Part shown: positions 41,960 to 50,791 of the stretch, piece after piece | Layout of the letters: each line of letters begins with the position of its first letter | Numbering within the stretch: the stretch's first letter is position 1 | NCBI GenBank assembly: GCA_049840735.1 | Contig: JASGJN010000002.1 | Coordinates: 64,001-128,000 of the forward strand | Length of the DNA: 64,000 bases | Source: Anaeromyxobacter sp. | GTDB lineage: Bacteria > Myxococcota > Myxococcia > Myxococcales > Anaeromyxobacteraceae | Direction: 5' to 3' | Translations under genes and position numbers: made by a program | The notes under the pieces: generated by a model | Told to the model about the DNA's origin: nothing | What the model saw: only the letters and a program-made list of their open reading frames with translations | Databases searched by the model: none

Positions 41960-42436
41960 GTGGCCATCGACAAGCGACACCTGGGCCGCCGCTACGGCCC
42001 CTACCGGTTCGTGGTGGCGGCGGAGGCCATCCGCGACTTCGCAGCCGCCACCGGCGGCGGCGTGCCCGGGCGCGTCTTCGGCGACGTGCCGGAGCACGCG
42101 CATCCGTGGAGCTGGGACGCCGAGGCGGCCAGGGCGTCGCCGCACGGCGACCTGGTGGCCCCGCCCACGTTCGCCACCGTCTTCGCCATCGAGCCCTTCG
42201 CCCGCGCCGTGCGGGACCCCGAGCTGGCCGTCAACGTGCTGCGGCTTGTGCACGGCGAGCAGGCCTTCGAGTTCCTGGAGGTGGTCCGCCCCGGTGACGT
42301 GCTGGAGACCACCGGCGAGATCACCAGGGTGCAGGAGCGCGGCTCCCTCGACTTCCTCGAGGTCACCACCGAGACTCGCAACCAGCACGGCCGGTTGGTG
42401 GTCCGCGGCGTGTGGACTGCGATCGTCCGGAACTGA
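41960..42436 (+). CDS. MaoC-N / FAS1-like dehydratase partner
   Basis: IRDFA.ATG, APPTF, VHGEQ.F.F...RPGD. Confidence 0.85.
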   Translation: MAIDKRHLGRRYGPYRFVVAAEAIRDFAAATGGGVPGRVFGDVPEHAHPWSWDAEAARASPHGDLVAPPTFATVFAIEPFARAVRDPELAVNVLRLVHGEQAFEFLEVVRPGDVLETTGEITRVQERGSLDFLEVTTETRNQHGRLVVRGVWTAIVRN

Positions 42437-42443
42437 GGGATCG

Positions 42444-43706
42444 TCAGGCCTCACGGGTCTTCCCCGCGCGCCGCAGGTCGCACCCCAAGAGCGCACGCGC
42501 TGGAGCAAGTGAAGGGGAGAGGGAGAGCGAGAGGGAGAGGGAAGGGACGAAGGCCGCCATCTTCTCGCGGCCGTAGGCCTGCACCGCCGCCCAGAGGTTG
42601 TGCCCCCGGCAGCGGAGCCGGAGGTTGGAGATCGTCGCTGGCCCGCCCATCGCCTCCGGGTCGATGTGGTCCAGCTCCAGCTGCCAGCGGCTGCAGCAGC
42701 GCCGGCCGTCCGGGGAGACGTAGGAGCAGCAGCCGCCATCGCGCGCCCAGACCTCGCGGCGAACGAGGGCTGTGACGGTGCGCGGGTCGAAGCGGTACGC
42801 GGTGGCGAAGAGCGGGAGCGGATCGGTGAAGGGAACCGTGACCGGAACCGGCGCGGAGAGCGTCGCCGGCTTCGGGTCCTCGGGCGCAGCAGCGGCGGGG
42901 GCCGCCGCCCTGTTCAGCTCCACCGCACCCCTTCGCTTGGCGTGCTTCTCGACCGCGCAGCGCAGCGCCTCCTTGAGGACATCGGCCAGGTTTCCGTCGG
43001 GGACCTTGTGGGAGAGGAGTTCACGGAGCGTCTCGAGGTCAGCGTGCGCCGCCTCGTCGAGCGTGACCCGCATCGACCACTGCTCCGCGTTGACCGGGTG
43101 AAGCTCGGGGCGGCTGGGGACGGGGGTGGGCGCCGAGAGCGCGAAGGCGGGCTCCGAGGAAACGGCCGGCTCCTGAGGCTGGGACGGAGCCGCCTCGACC
43201 GGCGCGGTCACCAGTGCAGTCGCACCCGTTGGATCCACCGGACGAGGCTGGGGGGCGGCAGGGGGCGTAGAAGGGAGCCGACGCACCCCGTTCTTCGGCG
43301 CCTCGCGGGGCTTGAGGGTCACCACCAGCCGCTCCACCTCGGCCTTGGACTTGAAGGCGGCGCTCCCGACCAGCTCCTCCAGGTTCTCCTCGGTCAGCAC
43401 GTCGCGCAGCATTCCCAGCGTGGAGAGCGAGAGCCTGCCCTCGCGCAGCGGCGCCTCGAGGGAGGGGAACCGGGACAGCAGCCGCATGGCCGTGATGCGG
43501 CGGTAGGCGCCGTCCTCGGAGAGGTGGAGCACCTCCCGGCAGTAGGCCCACAGGGACGGGAACCCCTGCTCCAGGTAGAGCTTCCGCCGCTCCACCTCCG
43601 CCAGCACCAGCAGGAACCCGACCTTGATGCCCCGCTCGTCCGAGGCGAGAGCGTGCAGCCGGGCGATGAGGGAGCTGTTGTCGAGCACATCGAGTCGGGC
43701 GTTCAT
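42444..43706 (-). CDS. HNH endonuclease with helical N-terminal (DUF222-like) region and Pro-rich linkers
   Basis: C-terminal VRREVWARDGGCC..C..LELDH....GG..TISNLRLRCRGHN; N-terminal LAEVERRKLY..GFPSL..YC..L.LSE..AY.RI; SD GGAGGT. Confidence 0.85.
   Translation of the reverse strand: MNARLDVLDNSSLIARLHALASDERGIKVGFLLVLAEVERRKLYLEQGFPSLWAYCREVLHLSEDGAYRRITAMRLLSRFPSLEAPLREGRLSLSTLGMLRDVLTEENLEELVGSAAFKSKAEVERLVVTLKPREAPKNGVRRLPSTPPAAPQPRPVDPTGATALVTAPVEAAPSQPQEPAVSSEPAFALSAPTPVPSRPELHPVNAEQWSMRVTLDEAAHADLETLRELLSHKVPDGNLADVLKEALRCAVEKHAKRRGAVELNRAAAPAAAAPEDPKPATLSAPVPVTVPFTDPLPLFATAYRFDPRTVTALVRREVWARDGGCCSYVSPDGRRCCSRWQLELDHIDPEAMGGPATISNLRLRCRGHNLWAAVQAYGREKMAAFVPSLSLSLSLSPSLAPARALLGCDLRRAGKTREA
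42482..42512 (+). repeat. Solo partial copy of the 41-bp array unit
   Basis: ACCCCAAGAGCGCACGCGCTGGAGCAAGTGA, one mismatch to array units. Confidence 0.9.
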
Positions 43707-43953
43707 TGGCGTGCACCTCCAGCAGAGGACGCCATCGTAAGCCTGGTTTTCGAGGTGCTCGCCGAGGCCCCTGGCGCCGCCCAGGAGGCGAGATCTCCGC
43801 GAGCCCATCGCCGCTCCCCCACGCGCCTCCCCGCGCGCCCAGGAGATCACGCAGAGCATTGCAGGAGAGGCGTTTCCGGCGGAGCCCCGCCGCGGAAGCC
43901 GCGCCGCGCCAAATTCACGTCAAGCGAAATCCGGCGAATGCCGCGAGACGCCC

Positions 43954-43968
43954 CACTTGCTCCAGCGC
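43954..43968 (-). repeat. Inverted copy of the array core
   Basis: CACTTGCTCCAGCGC is the reverse complement of GCGCTGGAGCAAGTG. Confidence 0.7.
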
Positions 43969-43989
43969 CGGCGTTTCACGGCGCCTGGG

Positions 43990-44036
43990 CTTCGACTCCG
44001 CGAGCCCTGCGGGCTCGCTACGCTCAGCCCGAACGG
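43990..44036 (+). repeat. REP-like palindromic element, copy 2
   Basis: CTTCGACTCC-GCGAGCCCTGCGGGCTCG-CTACGCTCAG-CCC-GAACGG. Confidence 0.7.
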
Positions 44037-44082
44037 ATCCCCAACGTCCTCGGCAATGACTTGACCCCGCATCGGATCCATT

Positions 44083-44478
44083 CAAGGGCGCACGCGCTGG
44101 AGTAAGTGACTCTCAGTTGATCCCAAGGGCGCACGCGCTGGAGCGAGTGACTCCCAGTTGACCCCAAGGGCGCACGCGCTGGAGCAAGTAACTCTCAGTT
44201 GACCCCAAGGGCGCACGCGCTGGAGTAAGTAACTCTCAGTTGACTTCAAGGGCGCACGCGCTGGAGTAAGTAACTCTCAGTTGACTCCAAGGGCGCACGC
44301 GCTGGAGCAAGTAACTCTCAGTTGACTCCAAGGACGCACGCGCTGGAGTAAGTGACTCCCAGTTGACCCCTAGGGCGCACGCGCTGGAGCAAGTGACTCT
44401 CAGTTGACCCCAAGGGCGCACGCGCTGGAGCAAGTGACTCTCAGTTGACCCCTAGGGCGCACGCGCCGGAGCAAGTGA
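44083..44478. repeat. Tandem array of a 41-bp unit (9 full copies + 27-nt partial)
   Basis: Consensus CAAGGGCGCACGCGCTGGAG(C/T)AAGT(G/A)ACTC(T/C)CAGTTGACCC; units start at 44083, 44124, 44165, 44206, 44247, 44288, 44329, 44370, 44411, 44452. Confidence 0.97.
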
Positions 44479-44718
44479 GCGCGAACACGCCTGACGTCAC
44501 TCCCCCCGTCCCACCGCCCGCCCCCTCTCACCGCCAGCCCCTCCCACGTCCCAGCCCTCCACCCCGCCCCTCAGCACGGCACCGCCCACGGCGCTGGGGC
44601 AGGGGCTCCCCAGCGCCCTGCACCATCGGCAGGTCCGCCCGCCCTCACCCCCACCGCCCCGCACCATCGGCAGGTCCACTCGCAGGCAGCAGCGGCGCAC
44701 CCGCCCGCCACCCGCCAC

Positions 44719-45519
44719 CTACGACGTGATCGCCCCATCCGCGATCAGGTTGGCCAGGATCCTCGCCGTGTCCAGCCTCGGCAGCCCCGACAGCGCGAAC
44801 AGCGCCTCGTAGTCCACCGCCCCGTCGATCTGCGCCAGCAGGAAGCCGGCGCGGTGATCGAGGTTCAGCCAGACGATCTCCTCCGGCTTGATGGCCAGGT
44901 GCGGCACGCCGCCCAGCGGGCCCAGCTTGGACTCGTACATGGCCACCAGCGTGGCCTCGTTCTGCCGCAGGTAGTCCCGGGCCTCGCCGTGGTCAGGGTC
45001 GAGCTGGAGGATCTTCTCGATCAGCTCCAGCGAGCCGCTGAAGTCGCCCAGCGCGAAGAGCTCCTTGGCGGCGCTCATCCAGACGCCGACGTCGTCCTGC
45101 CCCTGCGGCTGCGGCGCGGGCGGGCCCTCGGGGACCAGCGCCTTGAGGTCCGACTTCTCCTCCACCGCCAGCAGGTCCAGGCCGCCGCCGGGCTCCAGCA
45201 CGAACGTGGCCGCGGCGGCGGGCCCTTCGTCCCAGGGTGACGGCGCGTAGTCGTCCCCGGCGCGGGCCGGCGCGGCGCCGGGCGCGGGGAGCGGGACGGC
45301 CGCGCTGGCGGACGGGGCCGGGAGCGGCACCGACGCCGGGGCGGCCGACGCGGCGGCCGGGCCGCTCGCGCCGCCGCTGATGAGCAGCAGGTAGGAGCGG
45401 GCGCGCGGGTTGCCCGGGTCGCGCTCCAGCACCTCCTGGAACGTGCGCAGCGCCTCGCCCACCTTGCCGGCGACGTAGGCCTTGATGCCGCGGTCGATGA
45501 GGTCGGCGAGCTCCGACAC
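44719..45519 (-). CDS. TPR-containing hypothetical protein
   Basis: Two TPR-like segments (VLERDPGN..A; ILQLDPDH.EA), Pro/Ala linker, C-terminal LDHRAGFLLAQIDG domain. Confidence 0.75.
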   Translation of the reverse strand: MSELADLIDRGIKAYVAGKVGEALRTFQEVLERDPGNPRARSYLLLISGGASGPAAASAAPASVPLPAPSASAAVPLPAPGAAPARAGDDYAPSPWDEGPAAAATFVLEPGGGLDLLAVEEKSDLKALVPEGPPAPQPQGQDDVGVWMSAAKELFALGDFSGSLELIEKILQLDPDHGEARDYLRQNEATLVAMYESKLGPLGGVPHLAIKPEEIVWLNLDHRAGFLLAQIDGAVDYEALFALSGLPRLDTARILANLIADGAITS

Positions 45520-45522
45520 GGG

Positions 45523-47391
45523 CTAGCCCTCACCCGCCGGGTGGCCGGCAGAGGCCAGCCCCTTGAAGAGCTGCAGCGTCCGCTCCAGCGCCTCCTGCTC
45601 GGCCTCCAGCGCGGCCATGTCCTGGGCGTCGAAGGCCTGCCGGACGCGCGCCAGCACGCCCTCGGCCTTCTGGACCGCGTCCTTGCCGAAGCGGGTCCGC
45701 TCCAGGGCCGCGACCACCGCCGGGCGCAGCCCCTCGATCTCGGTCACGATCACCTGGGCCCGCTGCCGCCGCAGGTCGAACTCGCGCGTGGTGGCCTTCT
45801 TCTCCAGCAGGTCGTCGATCTGCTCGTCGAGGATCCGCTTCAGCTCCTCCTCGGTCAGGCCGGAGGTGGCGGTGACGGTGATCGACTGCTGCAGCCCGGT
45901 GGCCACGTCGCGGGCGGCGACGCCCACGATGCCGTCGGCGCTGATGTCGAAGGTGACCTCGATCTCCACCTCGCCGCGCCGGGCCGGGCGGATGCCGTCC
46001 AGCACGAACTCGCCCAGCAGCTCGTTGTCCACCGCGCGCTCGGCCTCGCCCTGCAGCACGGCGATGCGCACCGAGGTCTGGTTGTCCTGCACGGTGGTGA
46101 AGAGGTGGGTCTCGCTGGTGGGGACGGTGGTGTTGCGCGCGATGATGGTCTGGAAGTAGCCGCCCACCACCATGATGCCCAGGTTCTGCGGCGTCACGTC
46201 GAGCAGCAGCACCTCGCTGCCCGCCGGCTGCGGCGCGGTCAGCGCGTGGGCCTGGATGGCGGCCCCCAGCGCCACGACCTCCTCCGGGTGGACGCCGCGG
46301 CAGGGCTCGCGCCCGAAGAACTCCTTCACCGCCTTCTGCACCCGCGGCATGCGGGTCATGCCGCCGACCAGGATCACCTCGCCCACCTGCGTGGGGCGCA
46401 CCCCGGCGTCCTTGAGCGTCCGCTCCGTCACCGCGATGCAGCGGTCCACCAGGTCCTTGGTCAGCTCCTCCAGCTTCTCGCGGGTGAGCTGCCGGTCGAG
46501 GTGGAGCGCCGGCTTGCCCTCCCCGCCGCCGTAGAGGAACGGCAGGTGGATGGCCGCCTGCTGCGCGCCGGAGAGCTCGATCTTGGCCTTCTCGGCCGCG
46601 TCGCGCAGCCGCTGCAGCGCCATCTTGTCCTGGCGCAGGTCCACGCCGCCGTTCTCGCGGGCGAAGGTGAAGGTGAGCCAGTCGATGATGCGCCGGTCGA
46701 AGTCCTCGCCGCCCAGGTACGTGTCGCCGCCCACCGCCACGACGTCGTAGACGCTCTTGCCGATGTCGAGGATGGAGACGTCGAAGGTGCCGCCGCCCAG
46801 GTCGAAGACCACCACCTTCTGCTCGATCTGCTTGCCGAAGCCGTACGCCAGCGCGGCGCTGGTGGGCTCGTTGATGATGCGGAGCACCTCCAGCCCGGCG
46901 ATGCGGCCGGCGTCCTTGGTGGCGTGGCGCTGGCCGTCGTTGAAGTAGGCCGGGACGGTGATGACCGCCTTCTGCACCGGGCGCCCGAACCAGGCCTCGG
47001 CGTCGGCCTTGAGCTCGGCCAGCACCATGGCCGAGATCTCGGGGATGGCGTAGGCGCGCCCGGCCAGGTCCACGCGGACGTCGTTCCCCTCCGGCCCGGG
47101 GACCAGCACGTAGGGGAGCACCCGGCGCGCGTCCTCGACCTCCTTGGACCCCCAGCGCCGGCCGATGAGCCGCTTGGCGGCGTGCACGGTGTTCTCGGCG
47201 TTGGTGATGGCCTGGCGCTTGGCCAGGTGCCCCACCAGCCGCTTCCCGTTCTTGGCCACCGCCAGGATGGAGGGGGTGAGCAGCTGTCCGCCGCGGTTGG
47301 GGATGACGCGCGGGACGCCGTCGCGCACGGTGGCCACGACCGAGTTGGTCGTGCCCAGGTCGATCCCGATCACCGGCTCGTAGTCGCTCAT
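45523..47391 (-). CDS. dnaK: Hsp70/DnaK-family chaperone (paralog)
   Basis: [50 protein letters not shown], linker VLLLDVTP. Confidence 0.9.
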   Translation of the reverse strand: MSDYEPVIGIDLGTTNSVVATVRDGVPRVIPNRGGQLLTPSILAVAKNGKRLVGHLAKRQAITNAENTVHAAKRLIGRRWGSKEVEDARRVLPYVLVPGPEGNDVRVDLAGRAYAIPEISAMVLAELKADAEAWFGRPVQKAVITVPAYFNDGQRHATKDAGRIAGLEVLRIINEPTSAALAYGFGKQIEQKVVVFDLGGGTFDVSILDIGKSVYDVVAVGGDTYLGGEDFDRRIIDWLTFTFARENGGVDLRQDKMALQRLRDAAEKAKIELSGAQQAAIHLPFLYGGGEGKPALHLDRQLTREKLEELTKDLVDRCIAVTERTLKDAGVRPTQVGEVILVGGMTRMPRVQKAVKEFFGREPCRGVHPEEVVALGAAIQAHALTAPQPAGSEVLLLDVTPQNLGIMVVGGYFQTIIARNTTVPTSETHLFTTVQDNQTSVRIAVLQGEAERAVDNELLGEFVLDGIRPARRGEVEIEVTFDISADGIVGVAARDVATGLQQSITVTATSGLTEEELKRILDEQIDDLLEKKATTREFDLRRQRAQVIVTEIEGLRPAVVAALERTRFGKDAVQKAEGVLARVRQAFDAQDMAALEAEQEALERTLQLFKGLASAGHPAGEG

Positions 47392-48353
47392 CCCAGGATG
47401 CCCCAGCGCAGCTTCTTGAGCCGCTCCTTGGCCGCCTCGAGCTTCGGATCGAGCTCGAGCGCCTTCTCCAGCGCCCGGCGGGCCTCGCGCTTCTCGCCCT
47501 GGGCCTCCAGCACCAGCCCCAGCGCCTCGTGCGACTGGCCCAGGCCCGGCGCGGCGCGGACGGCCGCGTCGGCCAGCTCGCGCGCGCCGCCCACGTCGCC
47601 CACCGCCAGCGCCACCCGCGCGCCGGCGGACGCAGCGCGGGCGTGGCGCGGATCGGCCTCGAGCGCGCCGCGGAAGGCGGCCAGCGCCGCCTGCAGCTGC
47701 CCCATCACCTCGGCCGAGACGCCCTTGTCGTAGAGGTCGGAGGCCTTGGACGAGGCCGCGCGCCGGCGCGCCTCGGCCGCCAGCGTGGCCACCTCCCCGT
47801 TGCTCGGGTCGAGGCTGGCCGCGAGCGCCAGGTCGTTCATGGCCTGGCTGGCCCGGCCGGCCTCCAGCGCCTCCTTGCCGCGCGCCACCAGCTCGGCCAC
47901 CCGCGTGACGCGGGCCACCAGCGGGTTCTGGCGCGCCAGGCGGGCCCGCCGCTCGGCGGCGCGCCGCTCGTCCTCCAGCTTGCGCGCCTCGAGGCGGGCG
48001 AACTCGGTCGCCGGCGCGGTGGCGCGCGCGTAGGCGGCGCGGCGCGCGTCGTCGGTGAGCGCGTCGCGCGCCTCGGTCACGCGCCGGAAGACGCGCTCCA
48101 GGCGCGCGCGGTAGCTGCCCAGCCGCCTGCCCGGGTAGCGATCGGGGTGGAAGATCTTCACCGCCTCCAGGTACGCGGCGCGCGCGTCGGCGGCGGGCGC
48201 GTTCCAGGGCAGGCCGAGCACGTCCCAGTGCGTGCCGGCGGCGACCAGGCTCTCGGCGTAGAGGATCGCCTTCCGCCGCTCGGGCTCGAGGTCGATGTTG
48301 GCCTCCCCGAGCTCGGCGCCGAAGACGAAGCCCTTGTACCGGTCGTCGCTCAC
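47388..48353 (-). CDS. J-domain protein with C-terminal TPRs
   Basis: HWDVLGL..FHPDR (HPD motif)..EA.D.L.D..RR.AY; several TPR-like repeats; overlaps the Hsp70 start. Confidence 0.85.
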   Translation of the reverse strand: MSDDRYKGFVFGAELGEANIDLEPERRKAILYAESLVAAGTHWDVLGLPWNAPAADARAAYLEAVKIFHPDRYPGRRLGSYRARLERVFRRVTEARDALTDDARRAAYARATAPATEFARLEARKLEDERRAAERRARLARQNPLVARVTRVAELVARGKEALEAGRASQAMNDLALAASLDPSNGEVATLAAEARRRAASSKASDLYDKGVSAEVMGQLQAALAAFRGALEADPRHARAASAGARVALAVGDVGGARELADAAVRAAPGLGQSHEALGLVLEAQGEKREARRALEKALELDPKLEAAKERLKKLRWGILG

Positions 48354-48550
48354 GGCTCACCCTCTCCCACGAACACCGAGATTACAGACGGGTGCCTCGA
48401 GGGGTCAAACCCGACCGAGCGAGAACGCGCACTTGAACAGGTCGCCCAGGCGCCGGTCGTACCGATGAGGGTGAAGCTGGGCGCCCGACCCCTCGGCGGG
48501 TAGTCGGGCAAGCGAGGGAGCCCCTCGGGGGTCGCCGCCTCCCAGCGGCC

Positions 48551-49480
48551 TCACCGGTTGGCGAGCAGCAGCTCCAGAAGGGCCTTCTGGGCGTGCAGCC
48601 GGTTCTCGGCCTCGTCGAAGACGGCCGACTGCGGCCCCTCCAGGACGCCCTCGGTGATCTCCTCGCCGCGGTGGGCCGGCAGGCAGTGGAGCACGATGGC
48701 GTTGGGGCGCGCCCGCGCCATCAGCGCCTCGTCCACGATGAAGGCCTTGAAGTGGCGCTCGCGCTCGGCCTGCTCCGCCTCCTGGCCCATGGACGCCCAG
48801 ACGTCGGTGTTGACCACGTGCGCGCCCTCGACCGCCTCGGCGGGGCTGCGGACCACCCGGGCGTGCGCGCCGCAGCGGGCCACCAGCGCCGGATCGGGAT
48901 CGTAGCCGGCGGGGCAGGCCAGGCGCAGGTCGAACCCGAGCACCGCGCAGGCCTCGAGCCAGCTGTTGGCCATGTTGTTGCCGTCGCCGATCCAGGCCAC
49001 CTGCAGGCCGGACCGCGTCAGGACGTCGGCCCCGAACCGCTCGGTGACGGTGAGCAGGTCGGCCAGGAGCTGGCAGGGGTGCGACGAGTCGGTGAGCGCG
49101 TTCACCACCGGCACGTCGGCGTACCTCGCCATCTCCTCGACCTTGGCGTGCTCGAAGGTCCGCACCACCAGGCAGTCGAGGTACCGCGAGAGGACGCGGG
49201 CCGTGTCGCGGATGGGCTCGCCGCGCCCCAGCTGCGTGTCGCGCGGCGACAGCATCATGGCGTTGCCGCCCAGCTGGTAGGAGGCCACCTCGAAGGAGAC
49301 GCGCGTGCGCGTGGAGGCCTTCTCGAAGACCAGGCCCACGGTCAGCTGCTCCAGCGGGCGCGGCCCGCCCTTGCCGAGGAGCTTCCACTCCGCGGCGCGC
49401 TCGATGAGCTCCAGCAGCTCGGAGCGGTCCAGGTCGGTGAGGCGGAGGAAGTCGCGGTGGTTGCGGGTCGGGGCGGGCAT
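48551..49480 (-). CDS. argF: Ornithine carbamoyltransferase
   Basis: FEKASTRTRVSF, HPCQ, DVWASMG, HCLPAHRG, EAENRLH. Confidence 0.95.
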   Translation of the reverse strand: MPAPTRNHRDFLRLTDLDRSELLELIERAAEWKLLGKGGPRPLEQLTVGLVFEKASTRTRVSFEVASYQLGGNAMMLSPRDTQLGRGEPIRDTARVLSRYLDCLVVRTFEHAKVEEMARYADVPVVNALTDSSHPCQLLADLLTVTERFGADVLTRSGLQVAWIGDGNNMANSWLEACAVLGFDLRLACPAGYDPDPALVARCGAHARVVRSPAEAVEGAHVVNTDVWASMGQEAEQAERERHFKAFIVDEALMARARPNAIVLHCLPAHRGEEITEGVLEGPQSAVFDEAENRLHAQKALLELLLANR

Positions 49481-49494
49481 GGGTCTCTCGACGG

Positions 49495-50704
49495 TCAGGG
49501 CTTGGCGGGCGCCGCCGCCAGGGCGGCGCCGAGCCGCTCGACGGCCTGGTCGGCCTCGGCAGCGGTGAGGGTCAGGGCCGGGGCGAGGCGGAGCACGTCG
49601 TCCCCGATGGCGTTCACGAGCAGGCCGCGGGCGCGGGCGGCCTTCATCACCTCTCCGGCGGCCACGCCCTTCACCAGCACGCCCAGCAGCATGCCGCGGC
49701 CGCGCACGCCGGCCAGCCGGCCGCCGTTGCCCAGCTTCTCCAGGCCGGCCCGGAGCCGGGCCGCGACCTCGCGCGAGCGCTCCAGCACGCCGCCCTGCCG
49801 CAGCTCGCGCAGGACCGCCAACGCCACGGCGCTGGCCAGCGGGTTGCCGCCGAAGGTGCTGCCGTGCGAGCCGGGCGTGAGGTGCTGGCCCACCTCCTCC
49901 GACGCGAGCAGCGCGCCGATGGGGAAGCCGCCGCCCAGCGCCTTCGCCGTGGAGAGCAGGTCCGGCGTGAAGCCGAGCCACTCGTGGGCCCACATCTTCC
50001 CGGTGCGGCCCATGCCGGTCTGGACCTCGTCCAGGCAGAGCAGCACGCCGCGCTTGCGGGTCAGCTCGCGGGCGGCCTCGAGGTAGCCCTCCGGCGCCGG
50101 GAGCACCCCCGACTCGCCCTGGATCGGCTCCACGATGAAGGCGGCGGTCCGGTCGGTGAGCGCCGCGTCGAGCGCCGCCAGGTCGCCGAACGGCACGTGG
50201 CGCACGCCCGGGACCAGCGGCTCGAAGCCGTGCTGGTACTTCTCCTGCCCGCCCACGGTCACGGTGAAGAGCGTGCGCCCGTGGAAGGAGTCCTTGCAGG
50301 CGACGATTCTCGTTGCGCTCCGGGTGGCCCCGGTCGGCGTGGTACTTGCGCGCCAGCTTCAGCATCACCTCGTTGGCCTCGGCGCCGCTGTTGCAGAAGA
50401 AGGCGCGCGACGCGAACGGCGTGGCGGCCAGCAGGGCCTCCGCCAGCTCGACCTGCCGCGGGATGAAGTAGTGGTTGGAGACGTGCCAGACCGCGCGGGC
50501 CTGCGCCTCGAGCGCCTCCACCAGCGCCGGGTGGCAGTGCCCGAGCACGTTGACCGCCACGCCGCCCAGGAAGTCGAGGTACTCGTTCCCGTCGGCGTCC
50601 CACACGCGGCTGCCCTCGCCGCGGACGATGGCGACGGGCTGCTGCTTGTAGTTGGGGGTGAGGACCTTCTGGGCCCGCTCCGCGAGCTGCGCGTTGCCGT
50701 TCAT
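49495..50704 (-). CDS. argD: Acetylornithine aminotransferase (frameshift ~50307)
   Basis: DFLGGVAVN.LGH, CNSGAEANE, SFHGRT, EPIQGESG, DEVQTGMGRTG, AKALGGG, HGSTFGGNP; adjacent to argF. Confidence 0.92.
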
Positions 50705-50710
50705 GGACCG

Positions 50711-50739
50711 CTTATATCAGCGGAACGGCAAGGGGTTAA
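50711..50739 (-). promoter_or_regulatory. Possible sigma70 promoter giving a leaderless argD transcript
   Basis: TTAACC-N17-TATAAG, 6 nt before the ATG. Confidence 0.45.
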
Positions 50740-50791
50740 GGGATTCTGTCCGCGCAGGGCCGGTCAGGGGGCCGGGAGGGGCCCCGGCCGC

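Noticed and set aside
44236..44433. 65-aa ORF inside the array
   Set aside because: A by-product of a repeat whose period is not a multiple of 3; the peptide cycles through frames and has no SD or codon bias.
44083..44478. CRISPR array interpretation of the 41-bp repeats
   Set aside because: Units are head-to-tail with only point differences; there are no unique spacers and no cas genes in the window.
48551..50704. Apparent ArgD-ArgF fusion (717 aa)
   Set aside because: Caused by the +1 insertion at ~50307; argD ends at 49495 in another frame and argF has its own start.
5265..50704. Mass pseudogenisation or programmed frameshifting
   Set aside because: Lesions are almost all single-base indels, also hit housekeeping genes such as argD, and sit at GATC or homopolymers; sequencing error is more parsimonious.
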